A stretch of DNA of 64,000 nt from a virus. This document shows positions 49,158 through 58,947 of this stretch, piece after piece. The position numbers were made by a program, and so were the translations under genes. Numbering within the stretch: the first letter of the stretch is position 1; each line of letters begins with the position of its first letter. The notes under the pieces are model-generated. The model was not told where the DNA came from. It did no database searches and saw nothing but the letters and a program-made list of their open reading frames with translations. The DNA is taken from positions 1 through 64,000 of the IMG/VR virus record IMGVR_UViG_3300025070_000019, one strand, 5' to 3'.

Positions 49158-50537
49158 ATGGCGTTAATTAAAGGTAAACAATTAAGTAATAATACTCTTG
49201 CACTTACAAAAGTTGCACTTCAATCAGAAGCTGAAATTCTTGTTGCAGATTCTAATGGTCAATTACAAGCAGTAAGTCTTGGAACTGATGCTACTATTAC
49301 AGCAGCAGGTGCTTTAACAATTGCTAATGATGCAATTAACAGCGCAAAAATTGCTAACGGTTCTGTTACATTTGCTAAACTCAATAGCGGCTCTTATTCA
49401 ACAGATTTAAGTTCATCTGCTACTGCGTCTGAACTTGCTCGTGCTGATGCAGCTAAAGCTTATGCTGATTCAATTTTAACTTCAGCTCAAACTTATGCTG
49501 ATAATGTTGCTAATGGTCTTGATATCAAAGCTTCTGTTAGATTAGCTTCTACTGCAGCTTTAACGTTAGCAACAGACGTTGAAAATGGAGACAGCTTAGA
49601 TGGTATAGCATTAGTTACAGGTGATCGTATTCTTTTAAAAGATCAAGCTGATGCAACTGAAAATGGCATCTATGTAGTTGCTGCATCAGGTGCTCCTTCA
49701 AGAGCAGCTGATGCAGATCAAGGTGATCTAACAGGTGGTGCATTCTTTTTTGTAGAAGAAGGTACTGCTAATGCTGACAATGGTTTTGTTTGTACAACTA
49801 ATGGTACTCCAACATTAGGTACAGATAATATTGTTTTTGCTCAATTTAGTGGTGCAGGTAGTGTTAGTGCAGGTGCAGCTTTAACTAAAACTGGTAATCA
49901 ACTAGATGTAAATGTAGATGATTCAACTATTGAAATAAACAATGATACTTTACGGATAAAAGATGCAGGTATTACATCTCTTAAATTAGGTAATCTTTCT
50001 ATTACACCTGCTAAGATTTCTCCTACTGTTGCCGGTGATGGTATTGCAGGTGGTAATGGTGTTGCACTTTCAGTAAGTTTAAATGAGTTAACTGCTGCAG
50101 TTTTGGATGTATCTGCTGATAGTATTGCATTCATTGATGCTACTGACAGCTCAACAAAGAAAGAAAGTGTTGCAGATTTTGCTACTGCTCTAGCAGGTTC
50201 TGGTCTTACAGCTTCTTCAGGTGCTTTAGCTGCTGCCCGTCTTTCATCTAATGATCAATTTGAAACAGCTAGTGCTACTAGTTCGAATGGAGATAGTGCT
50301 GGTGTAACTATTGCAGCAACTCCTGAAGGTATGGTTCAAATTTTTGTAAATGGATTACAACAAGAATTAGGTCAAGGCGTAAAAACTAAAGATTGTTACT
50401 TCAGTGCTGATGGTGGAAGTACAGCAAGAGCAATTACTGCAATTGCTAGTGGTGACACATTGTACTGGAATGGAAGTGTTGCAGGCTATCAACTTGATAC
50501 TAATGATAAAATTAGCATGGTATATGAAACTGCATAA
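49158..50537 (+). CDS. Ala/Gly/Thr-rich virion fibre/decoration protein
   Basis: DIKASVR.A.T, GDRILLKDQ...ENGIY, FVEEGT.NAD; strong AGGAG RBS. Confidence 0.75.
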   Translation: MALIKGKQLSNNTLALTKVALQSEAEILVADSNGQLQAVSLGTDATITAAGALTIANDAINSAKIANGSVTFAKLNSGSYSTDLSSSATASELARADAAKAYADSILTSAQTYADNVANGLDIKASVRLASTAALTLATDVENGDSLDGIALVTGDRILLKDQADATENGIYVVAASGAPSRAADADQGDLTGGAFFFVEEGTANADNGFVCTTNGTPTLGTDNIVFAQFSGAGSVSAGAALTKTGNQLDVNVDDSTIEINNDTLRIKDAGITSLKLGNLSITPAKISPTVAGDGIAGGNGVALSVSLNELTAAVLDVSADSIAFIDATDSSTKKESVADFATALAGSGLTASSGALAAARLSSNDQFETASATSSNGDSAGVTIAATPEGMVQIFVNGLQQELGQGVKTKDCYFSADGGSTARAITAIASGDTLYWNGSVAGYQLDTNDKISMVYETA

Positions 50538-50597
50538 TCATTTATTTCATAAATGATTAAAAAACACTTGGCTGTTTTTAAATAAACTGTATTTAAT

Positions 50598-50627
50598 AAA
50601 GCGTCTTAATTGACGCTTTTGTTTTTT
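50598..50627 (+). terminator. intrinsic terminator after structural cassette
   Basis: AAAGCGTC-ttaatt-GACGCTTT followed by T-rich run. Confidence 0.7.
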
Positions 50628-50640
50628 GAGGTATGTAAAA

Positions 50641-50754
50641 ATGAAAATTGTAAAAAAAGAATTTCTTGGTAACCAAGAAGTTTACGATATCGGTGTGTCT
50701 TCTAACGAAGATGCACATAACTTTTTGCTAGATAATAACTTGATAGCAAGTAAT
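50641..50754 (+). mobile_element. split intein C-half (IntC, 38 aa)
   Basis: MKIVKKEFLGNQEVYDIGV...HNFLLDNNLIASN followed by +1 Cys. Confidence 0.93.
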
Positions 50755-51894
50755 TGTTTTAACAAAGCGCATTCAGTTAGCTATTCTATGTTAACTTATA
50801 TTAGTGCTTATCTAAAAACTCACTACCCTGTTTACTTTTTTACTGCTTTGATGTCTACTCGATCTAAAACTTTACAACCTAAATCATGGGCTGTTAAAGC
50901 TCCTGAATATGTATTGGAAGCAAAAAAATTTAATATAGATATAAATACTCCTAGTGTTAATAAATCAGGTTATGAATTTACTATCTTTAATAATGAAGTA
51001 TACTTTGGGTTAAATGCTATAAGAGACGTAGGTAAAACAGCAGCTAAAAGTATTATCAAAGCGAGAAAGAATGTCCCATTTAAAGACATTCTTGATTTTG
51101 TCGAACGTGTTAACTTGCAAAAAGTAAATACTAAAACTTTTGAAGCATTAGCCTATGCAGGTGCTTTTGATAGAATGGGTTACTCTCGTAAAGAGCTTAT
51201 AGAAAAAACTTCTGAAATATATTCCTATATAAGAGATTTAGAAGATTATCGACAACGTAAAATAGATGCAGCTGCTAGACGAGAAAAAAATGCTCGCAAT
51301 ACACCTTTAATAGAAAGACGTAACTTTTTACGTAAAGAAATAAAAAAAATAAACAATCGTATCAATAAGGATAAAGCTAAAGAAGAAGACTTTGAGAATT
51401 TGACTGTGTATGAAAATGAACTAGAACCTTTAGAAGACTTAGGACTTAAGAAACTAGTTGATCTTAAAGAAAAAGAAAGACCTGTTTTTCCTGAGTTAAA
51501 ACGCAATAGTTCTGTTGAGTTAGATCTTCAGGATATAACTCAACAAGCACACTACATTGGCTGTTACTTAGGTGGACACCCTTTGCAATTTGTACAAGTA
51601 AGTGGTGTTTCTCAAATTATTTCATTAGATATCGGTGAAATTGATACAATAGCTGGTGTAATATTAGGCATTCGTGAGATTACTACTCGTAAAGGCAAAA
51701 AAATGGCTGTTATAGATGTAAACGACTCAACGAATACTACTGAAATAGTTTGTTTTCCTTCAACATGGTCTAAGATAAATAATATGAATTTAAAAACTGG
51801 TGATATAGTTAAAGCTAAAATCAAAGTAGAAGAGACAGATCCAGACTATAAAATGATATTATTCAGCTTAACTACTGTTGATCAAAATCAATAA
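50641..51894 (+). CDS. dnaE: split-intein C-half fused to DNA polymerase III alpha fragment 3 (HhH + OB)
   Basis: ATG at 50641 after GAGGT; ASN|CFNKAHS.SY, YLKTHYP, PSVNKS, FGLNAIRDVG, AGAFD, YL.GHPL, T.KGKKMA. Confidence 0.94.
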   Translation: MKIVKKEFLGNQEVYDIGVSSNEDAHNFLLDNNLIASNCFNKAHSVSYSMLTYISAYLKTHYPVYFFTALMSTRSKTLQPKSWAVKAPEYVLEAKKFNIDINTPSVNKSGYEFTIFNNEVYFGLNAIRDVGKTAAKSIIKARKNVPFKDILDFVERVNLQKVNTKTFEALAYAGAFDRMGYSRKELIEKTSEIYSYIRDLEDYRQRKIDAAARREKNARNTPLIERRNFLRKEIKKINNRINKDKAKEEDFENLTVYENELEPLEDLGLKKLVDLKEKERPVFPELKRNSSVELDLQDITQQAHYIGCYLGGHPLQFVQVSGVSQIISLDIGEIDTIAGVILGIREITTRKGKKMAVIDVNDSTNTTEIVCFPSTWSKINNMNLKTGDIVKAKIKVEETDPDYKMILFSLTTVDQNQ

Positions 51895-52966
51895 GGATCA
51901 ATTTATGAGATGGACTCCTGAAGAAGAATATTTACTTAGAACTAATTTAAATTTAAATAATCAAGAAATAGCTTCTTTAATACAAGAAAAATATAATTCT
52001 AAAGTTGCTGGTTTTCCAATAATCAGAACTCCTCATGCTGTAAGAACTAAGATATATAGAGAAAGTTTAACTAAAGACTCTAAAAACACTTACAATGATG
52101 CATGGGATTATATAGTTAAGGTAGCAAAAGAATACAGAGCTAATTCTGTTAAACATGATGCTGGCTTAACTCGAAACAAAGAATGTAAAATAGTTTCCTT
52201 TAGTGATTTACATATACCATTCTTCAATTGGGAAGATATGAAAACTGCTTTAAATGATCACAAAGATGCTAACATAATTGTTTTAAATGGTGATATATTA
52301 GACGCTTATATTTTTAGTACTTTTAGTAAAAGTAAGAATATAGCTGCATTAAAAGAATATAAAGTAGCTTTTGATTTAGTTCACTTTCTAAGTGATAGTT
52401 TTGAAAAAGTAGTTTTAGTATCCGGTAATCATGATTACCGAACAACCAGAGCACTTAAAACCTCTGGTTTTTCAGACGAAGCTTCTAAAGTGTATCGTCC
52501 TGATTTATTATTTAGAATTGCAAATGGCGAAAAATTAGATAATTATGGAAATTTAGAAGAAAAATTAAATTTCAATAATGTACATTATGATGTATACGAT
52601 TCTTGGTATAGCATTATTGGCAAAACAATATTCTGCCATCCATCTGGTTTTGGTTCTAAATATCCTGGAGCTACAGTAGTAAAACTTTTAGATCACTTTA
52701 TACATAGAATGGAACCAAGTAGTTTTGATTCTATTGTTGTAGGACATACACATAAAGTGTATAAAGGTATAGTCTCCAATAAGATGCTTATTGAGCAAGG
52801 TGCTATGTGCCATAAATTACCTTATCAGTTTCGTGCTGATTTAAAATTTAAAAATGCAATGAATGGTTACGCTGTTGTCTACCAAGATGCAGATGGTAAC
52901 ACTAACTTTAATGATAGTGGATCTATTTATTTAGGTTCACATTTACCTGTTAAGAAGGGAATATAA
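51878..52966 (+). CDS. calcineurin-like metallophosphoesterase
   Basis: SDLHIP, NGDILD, GNHD, GHTH. Confidence 0.88.
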   Translation: MIKINKDQFMRWTPEEEYLLRTNLNLNNQEIASLIQEKYNSKVAGFPIIRTPHAVRTKIYRESLTKDSKNTYNDAWDYIVKVAKEYRANSVKHDAGLTRNKECKIVSFSDLHIPFFNWEDMKTALNDHKDANIIVLNGDILDAYIFSTFSKSKNIAALKEYKVAFDLVHFLSDSFEKVVLVSGNHDYRTTRALKTSGFSDEASKVYRPDLLFRIANGEKLDNYGNLEEKLNFNNVHYDVYDSWYSIIGKTIFCHPSGFGSKYPGATVVKLLDHFIHRMEPSSFDSIVVGHTHKVYKGIVSNKMLIEQGAMCHKLPYQFRADLKFKNAMNGYAVVYQDADGNTNFNDSGSIYLGSHLPVKKGI

Positions 52967-52967
52967 A

Positions 52968-53300
52968 ATGTCTGAAGAAATAAAAGATATTGAACTTGAT
53001 GAAGAAGTAGCAAAACAAAATGTACCTTTGGGCTTTTTGCTTTCACTGACAAAAGCTTTAGAAAGTAGAGTTGATTATAACTTTAATAATCTAATTCAAC
53101 TTTCTCTTTTAATTGAATTCTTATATGAATCTTTAGAAAAACAAGGAATTAAAATTCCTTTAGATAAAGACTTTGAAAATTTTCAAGAAAAACGTTTAAA
53201 AGAAATTAAAGAAGAATTTGATAAACATGTCAAAGAAGAAGTTCAAAGCTTTGAAGAAAAAGTTGAACAAGAATCTAGCATTGACCTTAAGGATGACTGA
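52968..53300 (+). CDS. hypothetical acidic protein
   Basis: ORF in operon. Confidence 0.6.
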   Translation: MSEEIKDIELDEEVAKQNVPLGFLLSLTKALESRVDYNFNNLIQLSLLIEFLYESLEKQGIKIPLDKDFENFQEKRLKEIKEEFDKHVKEEVQSFEEKVEQESSIDLKDD

Positions 53301-54331
53301 TGTCTTGGTCTTTTATAAAACATGTAACTAATCACTTAGCTAGACCTGGCTTAAGTGAACAAAAAGCACCAACTTTATGGCCTAGTTCTGCTACAGCTAT
53401 TAAAGATGGTAAAGTAATAGGAAAATGTCGTAGACAGGCTTACTTTAGGTATTTAAAAGATTCATATTATTTTTATAATAAATATGATCATTTAGAAAAT
53501 CTAGTAAAATATATTGAAGAAAAAGAATCACCAATTGCTTTGTACACTAGATGGATATGGCAACAAGGTGAACTTTATGAAGATTACTGCACTAATTTAG
53601 CTAAAGAATCTGGTGTATTTGTAGCAACTCAAACTTCTGTATATGTTCCTGGTTACAATATTTCAGGTAAAATTGACTTAATTGTTGTCAATCCTGAAAC
53701 AACTAAACTGCATATCGTTGAAGTTAAATCCGTTTATGGATTTAACGCTAACTCAGTGTTGGGTACAGAAGCTCAACAACGCAAAGGAAATTTAGGCCAA
53801 CCTAGAGATTCACATCTTATGCAACTAGGTTTATATCAATGGTGGTATGGCAACAATGACGATCGTTTTGCTGAAGGCCTACTAGTATATGGTGCTAGAG
53901 ATACAGGCAGATTTGCTGAATACAAACTAACTGTAGAGAAAGTAGATGATAAAGATTATATTTTTTATCAAGGTCATACACCAATAACTACATCTAAAGT
54001 TAATTCTGGAATTAGCATTCAAAGTATTTTAGACAATTACAAATATTTAAATTCTGTAAGAGATACTAATGAAATTCCGCCTAAAGACTATGAGTTGTTT
54101 TATAGTGAAGATAAAATAGAACAACTTTATAATGATGGTTTGTTATCTAAAGCTGATACTGCTCAATTTGAAAAACGTAAACAACAGTTAGCTGAAGGTA
54201 AAAAACGAGTTGTTAAAGCTGTTGAAAAAGGCGATTGGCAATGTCGTTTTTGTCAGTATAAAACAATTTGTTACAATGAAGACAATAATCCTTTTGATAT
54301 TGAAAGTATGATTGATGAATCCAACATATAA
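53300..54331 (+). CDS. Cas4/RecB-like PD-(D/E)XK exonuclease
   Basis: C.R..Y, SGKID, VEVKS, QLGLY, CRFCQYKTIC. Confidence 0.85.
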   Translation: MSWSFIKHVTNHLARPGLSEQKAPTLWPSSATAIKDGKVIGKCRRQAYFRYLKDSYYFYNKYDHLENLVKYIEEKESPIALYTRWIWQQGELYEDYCTNLAKESGVFVATQTSVYVPGYNISGKIDLIVVNPETTKLHIVEVKSVYGFNANSVLGTEAQQRKGNLGQPRDSHLMQLGLYQWWYGNNDDRFAEGLLVYGARDTGRFAEYKLTVEKVDDKDYIFYQGHTPITTSKVNSGISIQSILDNYKYLNSVRDTNEIPPKDYELFYSEDKIEQLYNDGLLSKADTAQFEKRKQQLAEGKKRVVKAVEKGDWQCRFCQYKTICYNEDNNPFDIESMIDESNI

Positions 54332-55409
54332 TAGAAATCATAAGCTTTTTACTAGAGAAAACTTATCTACTAATGATGTTTTATTAAAGCCTAAAACAGG
54401 CATTTTAGATACTCGCAGTAAAGCTATAATTGATACTTCTTATATATATAGTAGTCCTATGGATACTGTCACAGATATTGAATTAACCCATGAGTTTGTC
54501 AGTAATAAACAAAATGCTGTATTCTGTCGTTTTCTTTCGATAGAAAAACGACAGAAAGCTCTTGATTTGTTTAGTAGTAATCCTTGGTTTTGGTATTCTG
54601 TAGGTTCTTCAGAAGAAGATTTTGAATTCTTAAAACATTATTTTTCTAAAGAAAAAACTGCAAGAGAATCAGTTAACATATGTATTGATGTTGCACATGG
54701 AGATACAGTGCATCTTGTAGAAGTATATAAGAAATATGCTTCTGAATCATGGTGTTCTAACCTTATGTCAGGAACTATTGCTAATGAAGAATCTGCAATT
54801 CCACTTGTACAAGCTGGGTGCACTCATTTACGTATTGGTATTGGACCTGGTAGTGCTTGCAGCACTAGGATTGTTACAGGTTGTGGTATACCTAATTTAA
54901 CTGCTGTATTTAAAATACATGATATTTTAACTGTATGTAATCTTAGAAATAATGTTACATTAATTGCAGATGGTGGCATTAAAGAAACTGGCGATATAGT
55001 TAAATATTTATGCGCTGGTGCTGATGCTGTTATGCTAGGTAGTATGCTTTCTACATTAAAAGAAAGCGCAGGTTGGATGCCAACTAAGCTTTATAAAATT
55101 TTTAAATACATTTGGTATTTCGATTACAATAAAAGATATTATAAATATTACAGAGGTCAAGCTTCTTATGAATTTCAGATTGAACGTCGCGGTTTAGTCA
55201 ATGGAGTTCCAGAAGGAGTACAATCTCAGAAAAGATTGTATCCTTCTATTGACGCAAAAACCTTTTTAAGTAATTGTAATTCAGCTATAGCATCTGCTAT
55301 TTCATATCTAGGTACAAATCAAATAACTGATTTGAATCCTAATAATGTTGAATTTTTAAAGATTACGCAAAATGGATTTATTGAAAGTAAACCCCATATC
55401 TTATTATAA
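54312..55409 (+). CDS. IMP dehydrogenase/GMP reductase family protein (no CBS domains)
   Basis: SSPMDTVT, IDVAHG, GIGPGSACSTR, IADGGI, GADAVMLGSM, YRGQAS, PEGV. Confidence 0.9.
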   Translation: MMNPTYNRNHKLFTRENLSTNDVLLKPKTGILDTRSKAIIDTSYIYSSPMDTVTDIELTHEFVSNKQNAVFCRFLSIEKRQKALDLFSSNPWFWYSVGSSEEDFEFLKHYFSKEKTARESVNICIDVAHGDTVHLVEVYKKYASESWCSNLMSGTIANEESAIPLVQAGCTHLRIGIGPGSACSTRIVTGCGIPNLTAVFKIHDILTVCNLRNNVTLIADGGIKETGDIVKYLCAGADAVMLGSMLSTLKESAGWMPTKLYKIFKYIWYFDYNKRYYKYYRGQASYEFQIERRGLVNGVPEGVQSQKRLYPSIDAKTFLSNCNSAIASAISYLGTNQITDLNPNNVEFLKITQNGFIESKPHILL

Positions 55410-56085
55410 ATATCTTTTAATTGGAGACTCTTTTTTAGATTTTTATTTTGATGATAAAATAAAAGTTTTTTATGGAGGAGTTTTAAATGTTAAAAAAAAT
55501 ATTGAAATAATAAGTTCAAATAAATTTGAATTAAAAACATCTCAAAAACCAAAGTGTTTAAATTTTTTTAAAAAAAATAAAAAAATATTTTCTAAAATAA
55601 ATTCAAAAGAAATAATTAATAACGAAACAATTTTTACTAAAGTAACTACAATAAGCGATTACAACAAAGGTTTTTTACATAATAATGTAAAAGTTCATGC
55701 TCGTATATTAATCGTAGACTCAAAGTATTGTTCTTTATTAAGAGACTATATCGTACATGCTAAAGTTAAAATTCTTAAACTCGCATCTACAGATGTTTTT
55801 AATACTGAGTTTATAGAACTATTTGATTATCTTATAGTGACTTACTCAACACATGTTAATTTATTTCACAAAGGTAATTTAATTTATTCTTGCAAAGTTA
55901 AAAATAATTTACCTATATGCACTATAGGTGCTGGAGATGTGTTTATCGGATCTCTCACTTCTTATTTATATAATTGTTTTAAACAGTTTCAACTGTCAGA
56001 TTTAATTTCCGCTATAGATTTTGCAACATATTATGCTTCTGAATCTGTAGCTACCTCTTTCACTTGTCGAATAAAGGAAATTTAA
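55372..56085 (+). CDS. PfkB-family sugar kinase (HldE N-terminal-like, divergent)
   Basis: IGDSFLD, GG..NV, SDYNKG, TIGAGDVF. Confidence 0.7.
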   Translation: MDLLKVNPISYYKYLLIGDSFLDFYFDDKIKVFYGGVLNVKKNIEIISSNKFELKTSQKPKCLNFFKKNKKIFSKINSKEIINNETIFTKVTTISDYNKGFLHNNVKVHARILIVDSKYCSLLRDYIVHAKVKILKLASTDVFNTEFIELFDYLIVTYSTHVNLFHKGNLIYSCKVKNNLPICTIGAGDVFIGSLTSYLYNCFKQFQLSDLISAIDFATYYASESVATSFTCRIKEI

Positions 56086-58577
56086 AAATGTATATAACAG
56101 ATATTGACGAGGTAGTTTCTTTACTAAGAGAGAAACTACCTGAGTATCTACAAATTAAACTTGGTAAGGATTTTGATCCTTACAAAAAATTTGTTTGTTT
56201 TGCTCATGATGATACTAATCCTAGTATGTCATTGAATCCTAAAACAGATAATCAAACAGTTAAATGTTTTAGTTGCGGTTATTACGGTGATATCTTTTCT
56301 GTAGCCAATCACTTTGACAACTTACCTACTAATGGTGCTGAATGGCTCACTGTTACCATTCCATCTCTTTGCGACACCTTGGATATACCTTACTCTCCAG
56401 GTGCCCTCACACCGCAACAGAAAGAACGTATTTCTTTATATAAATTAGCTGAAGATATTAGTAATATATTGGCTTCTCAAAAGATGAGTGAAAACAGCTA
56501 TATTAAGGATCGCAATTGGATTCAACCTTATTTAGGTTTAGGTTCTATCGATCAAGAAGTTATTTTAGAGCAACTTCTTGATCTTGGCTGGTCTTCTTCA
56601 TTTATTAATGATAGTTCGTTTATTAAAACTAAGTATCAATCTTTTTTTGGTAAAGATAAAATTACTTTCCCTATTAGAGATCATCTTAAAAGAACTATTG
56701 GTTTTATCTGTCGTAATGAATTATCAGAACAAGATAATACTATACCTAAATACGTTAATACTCCAGAAAGCGATTTGTATAAAAAATCAAAAGCTCTTAT
56801 GGGTATTGACGTGGCATACAGAGATGCAAAGAAGTATGGTCTATACATCGTAGAAGGCCCTGGTGACCTCATGCAGCTCTACCGTTTAGGTATTAAAAAT
56901 GCTGTAGCTGTTTGTGGTACTGCATTTACTGAATCTCATTTATTGTATTTAAAACAAATAGGTATTAAAAAGATTTACCTTTGTTTTGATTGGGACCAAG
57001 CAGGATTTGCTGCTACCCATCGTGTATTAGAAAATATACTTAAAGTTACTTCTGGTATCAATGCTTTTGTAGTAGAAGGTCCTGAAGGCTTTAAAGATCC
57101 TGATGAGTATTTATTTGACAAAGACGACGCTAGTCATTTTCATAACTTAACACGTTTAACTGCCTTTCAATGGCAGTTAAACTCATTTGGTCAAAATGAA
57201 ACGCCTGACTACATCTGTCAAAAAATGATACCTATTATTGCTTCTGAAGAAACAGCAGTCAAAAGAGATTTACTTGTAAAGGAGTTAGCTCAACATACTT
57301 CTGTATCTACGTCTTCTATTCATTCAGACGTTAACTCTATTAGAAATAATAGATTCTCAGAGCGTTTAGATAGAATTAAAACTGTATCTGAATCACATCT
57401 TAGATCTGTAATGGATGACCCTGATAATGTTAGGACTCATATTGCTTCTTATGAACAGTCTTTAGATTACATTGAAAAAGAATTTAAAACAGATACTATT
57501 GGTATTAATTACCAAGTGTCACGTTTCGATGCTATGCAAGAACTTAGAACACTTGCAGCAGATGATGAAAATTCAACATCTTTTAAAATGGACTATTTTA
57601 AAGATTTTTCTAATAATATGAATGGGGGTATGTCTTGGGCTAGTGGTGCACTTATGTATGTAGGTGGTCGTGCCAACTCAGGTAAGACTGCTACTTGTCT
57701 TATGATTGCTACTGATATTGCTATGAGTGATGAAAACGCTACTGTTATTATTCACAGTACAGACGACTCATATGAACAAATCGAGCCACGTATTAAAACC
57801 AACATTTACAGAATGGCTTATCCTGATGGAGTTGCATTAACTATTGGTATGGTAGTCCAACCTAATTTACACTTATCTGATATGCCTTATGAGTATACTA
57901 ACGCTCATGAAGAAGCTAATCGTATATTTAAAGAGCTTATTGAAAAAGAACGTCTTGTTATTATCGATTCAGAAGATGGTGCTACATTATCTACACTAGA
58001 AAGAAATCTCAAACATTATCGTATGAGATTTCCTAATCGTAAAATTATGATGGTTTGTGACAATACTCACAATTATCTTGATTTTATGAATCTAGAACAA
58101 TCTAGTAGAATGACAGCTATTTCTAATCAACAAAAGAATCTAACTGTTAAATATCATGCAGCTATGATTGCTACTGCTGAGTATCGTAAGAATATGCCAA
58201 AAGACAACTCTAAGTTGTCTTTACCTGTTGATGATGATCTAGCAGACGCAAGAGCTTTGATGTATAGACCTAACGTTATTTGGCATGTATACAATGATAT
58301 GCATGATAGGAAACAACATGCCGAAATCTTTTGGCGTGATGAGGAAAATAATATGCGTCCTCGTTTATTATTACATTTTACAAAAAACAAAATTAGCGGA
58401 TTTAAAGATAAACTTATTGTAGATCTTGATCCTTCTACTGTTTCTTTAAAACCTGTATCTGTTGATGATGCAACAAATGAAATACATCAATTTCAAGATT
58501 TAAAAGACTCTGGTCAAGTTAGATCTGATGGACGTAAAGTAATATTTGTAGATAGTGAAGAATATAATGAAGAGTAA
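56064..58577 (+). CDS. DnaG-type primase / DnaB-like helicase fusion (probable start 56088)
   Basis: CFAHDD..PS...CFSCG zinc finger, KYVNTPE, VEGPGD, FDWDQAG, KDPDE, GGRANSGKT Walker A. Confidence 0.9.
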   Translation: MSNKGNLKMYITDIDEVVSLLREKLPEYLQIKLGKDFDPYKKFVCFAHDDTNPSMSLNPKTDNQTVKCFSCGYYGDIFSVANHFDNLPTNGAEWLTVTIPSLCDTLDIPYSPGALTPQQKERISLYKLAEDISNILASQKMSENSYIKDRNWIQPYLGLGSIDQEVILEQLLDLGWSSSFINDSSFIKTKYQSFFGKDKITFPIRDHLKRTIGFICRNELSEQDNTIPKYVNTPESDLYKKSKALMGIDVAYRDAKKYGLYIVEGPGDLMQLYRLGIKNAVAVCGTAFTESHLLYLKQIGIKKIYLCFDWDQAGFAATHRVLENILKVTSGINAFVVEGPEGFKDPDEYLFDKDDASHFHNLTRLTAFQWQLNSFGQNETPDYICQKMIPIIASEETAVKRDLLVKELAQHTSVSTSSIHSDVNSIRNNRFSERLDRIKTVSESHLRSVMDDPDNVRTHIASYEQSLDYIEKEFKTDTIGINYQVSRFDAMQELRTLAADDENSTSFKMDYFKDFSNNMNGGMSWASGALMYVGGRANSGKTATCLMIATDIAMSDENATVIIHSTDDSYEQIEPRIKTNIYRMAYPDGVALTIGMVVQPNLHLSDMPYEYTNAHEEANRIFKELIEKERLVIIDSEDGATLSTLERNLKHYRMRFPNRKIMMVCDNTHNYLDFMNLEQSSRMTAISNQQKNLTVKYHAAMIATAEYRKNMPKDNSKLSLPVDDDLADARALMYRPNVIWHVYNDMHDRKQHAEIFWRDEENNMRPRLLLHFTKNKISGFKDKLIVDLDPSTVSLKPVSVDDATNEIHQFQDLKDSGQVRSDGRKVIFVDSEEYNEE

Positions 58578-58947
58578 AGATTACACAGGTTATTTACAAA
58601 ACTTTGATATTATTAATAAGTCTTGGGGATTTGAAAAAATCTTTATAAATACCGATTTATACTGTACAAAAGAATTAAATATTTATGAAGGTTGTTCTAC
58701 TTCTAAACATTATCATAAAGTGAAGCATGAAACATTTTATGTAGTACAAGGTGTTGCAAATATATCTTTGTATAAAAAAGATGGAAGTTTAAAAGAAACT
58801 TGCACTTTAAATGAAAAAGAAAGTTTTTGTATACAACCTGATACATTACATTCAATTGAAAATGTTAGTTTCGGTAAAACATTAATTTTGTTAGAATCTT
58901 CTACGCAAGATAAACAATCAGATAATATAAGGTTAAAAAATGTCTAG
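58555..58947 (+). CDS. cupin domain protein (mannose-6-phosphate isomerase-like)
   Basis: KSWGFE, SKHYH..KHETFYV..G, P.TLHSI.N. Confidence 0.8.
   Translation: MKNIMKSKDYTGYLQNFDIINKSWGFEKIFINTDLYCTKELNIYEGCSTSKHYHKVKHETFYVVQGVANISLYKKDGSLKETCTLNEKESFCIQPDTLHSIENVSFGKTLILLESSTQDKQSDNIRLKNV

Noticed and set aside
37103-50537. Diversity-generating retroelement or invertible fibre cassette
   Set aside because: No reverse transcriptase, invertase, near-identical TR/VR pair or inverted modules seen; the paralogy is old and mostly at protein level
53300-54331. CRISPR-Cas locus
   Set aside because: Solo Cas4-like nuclease typical of phages; no repeat-spacer array or other cas genes seen
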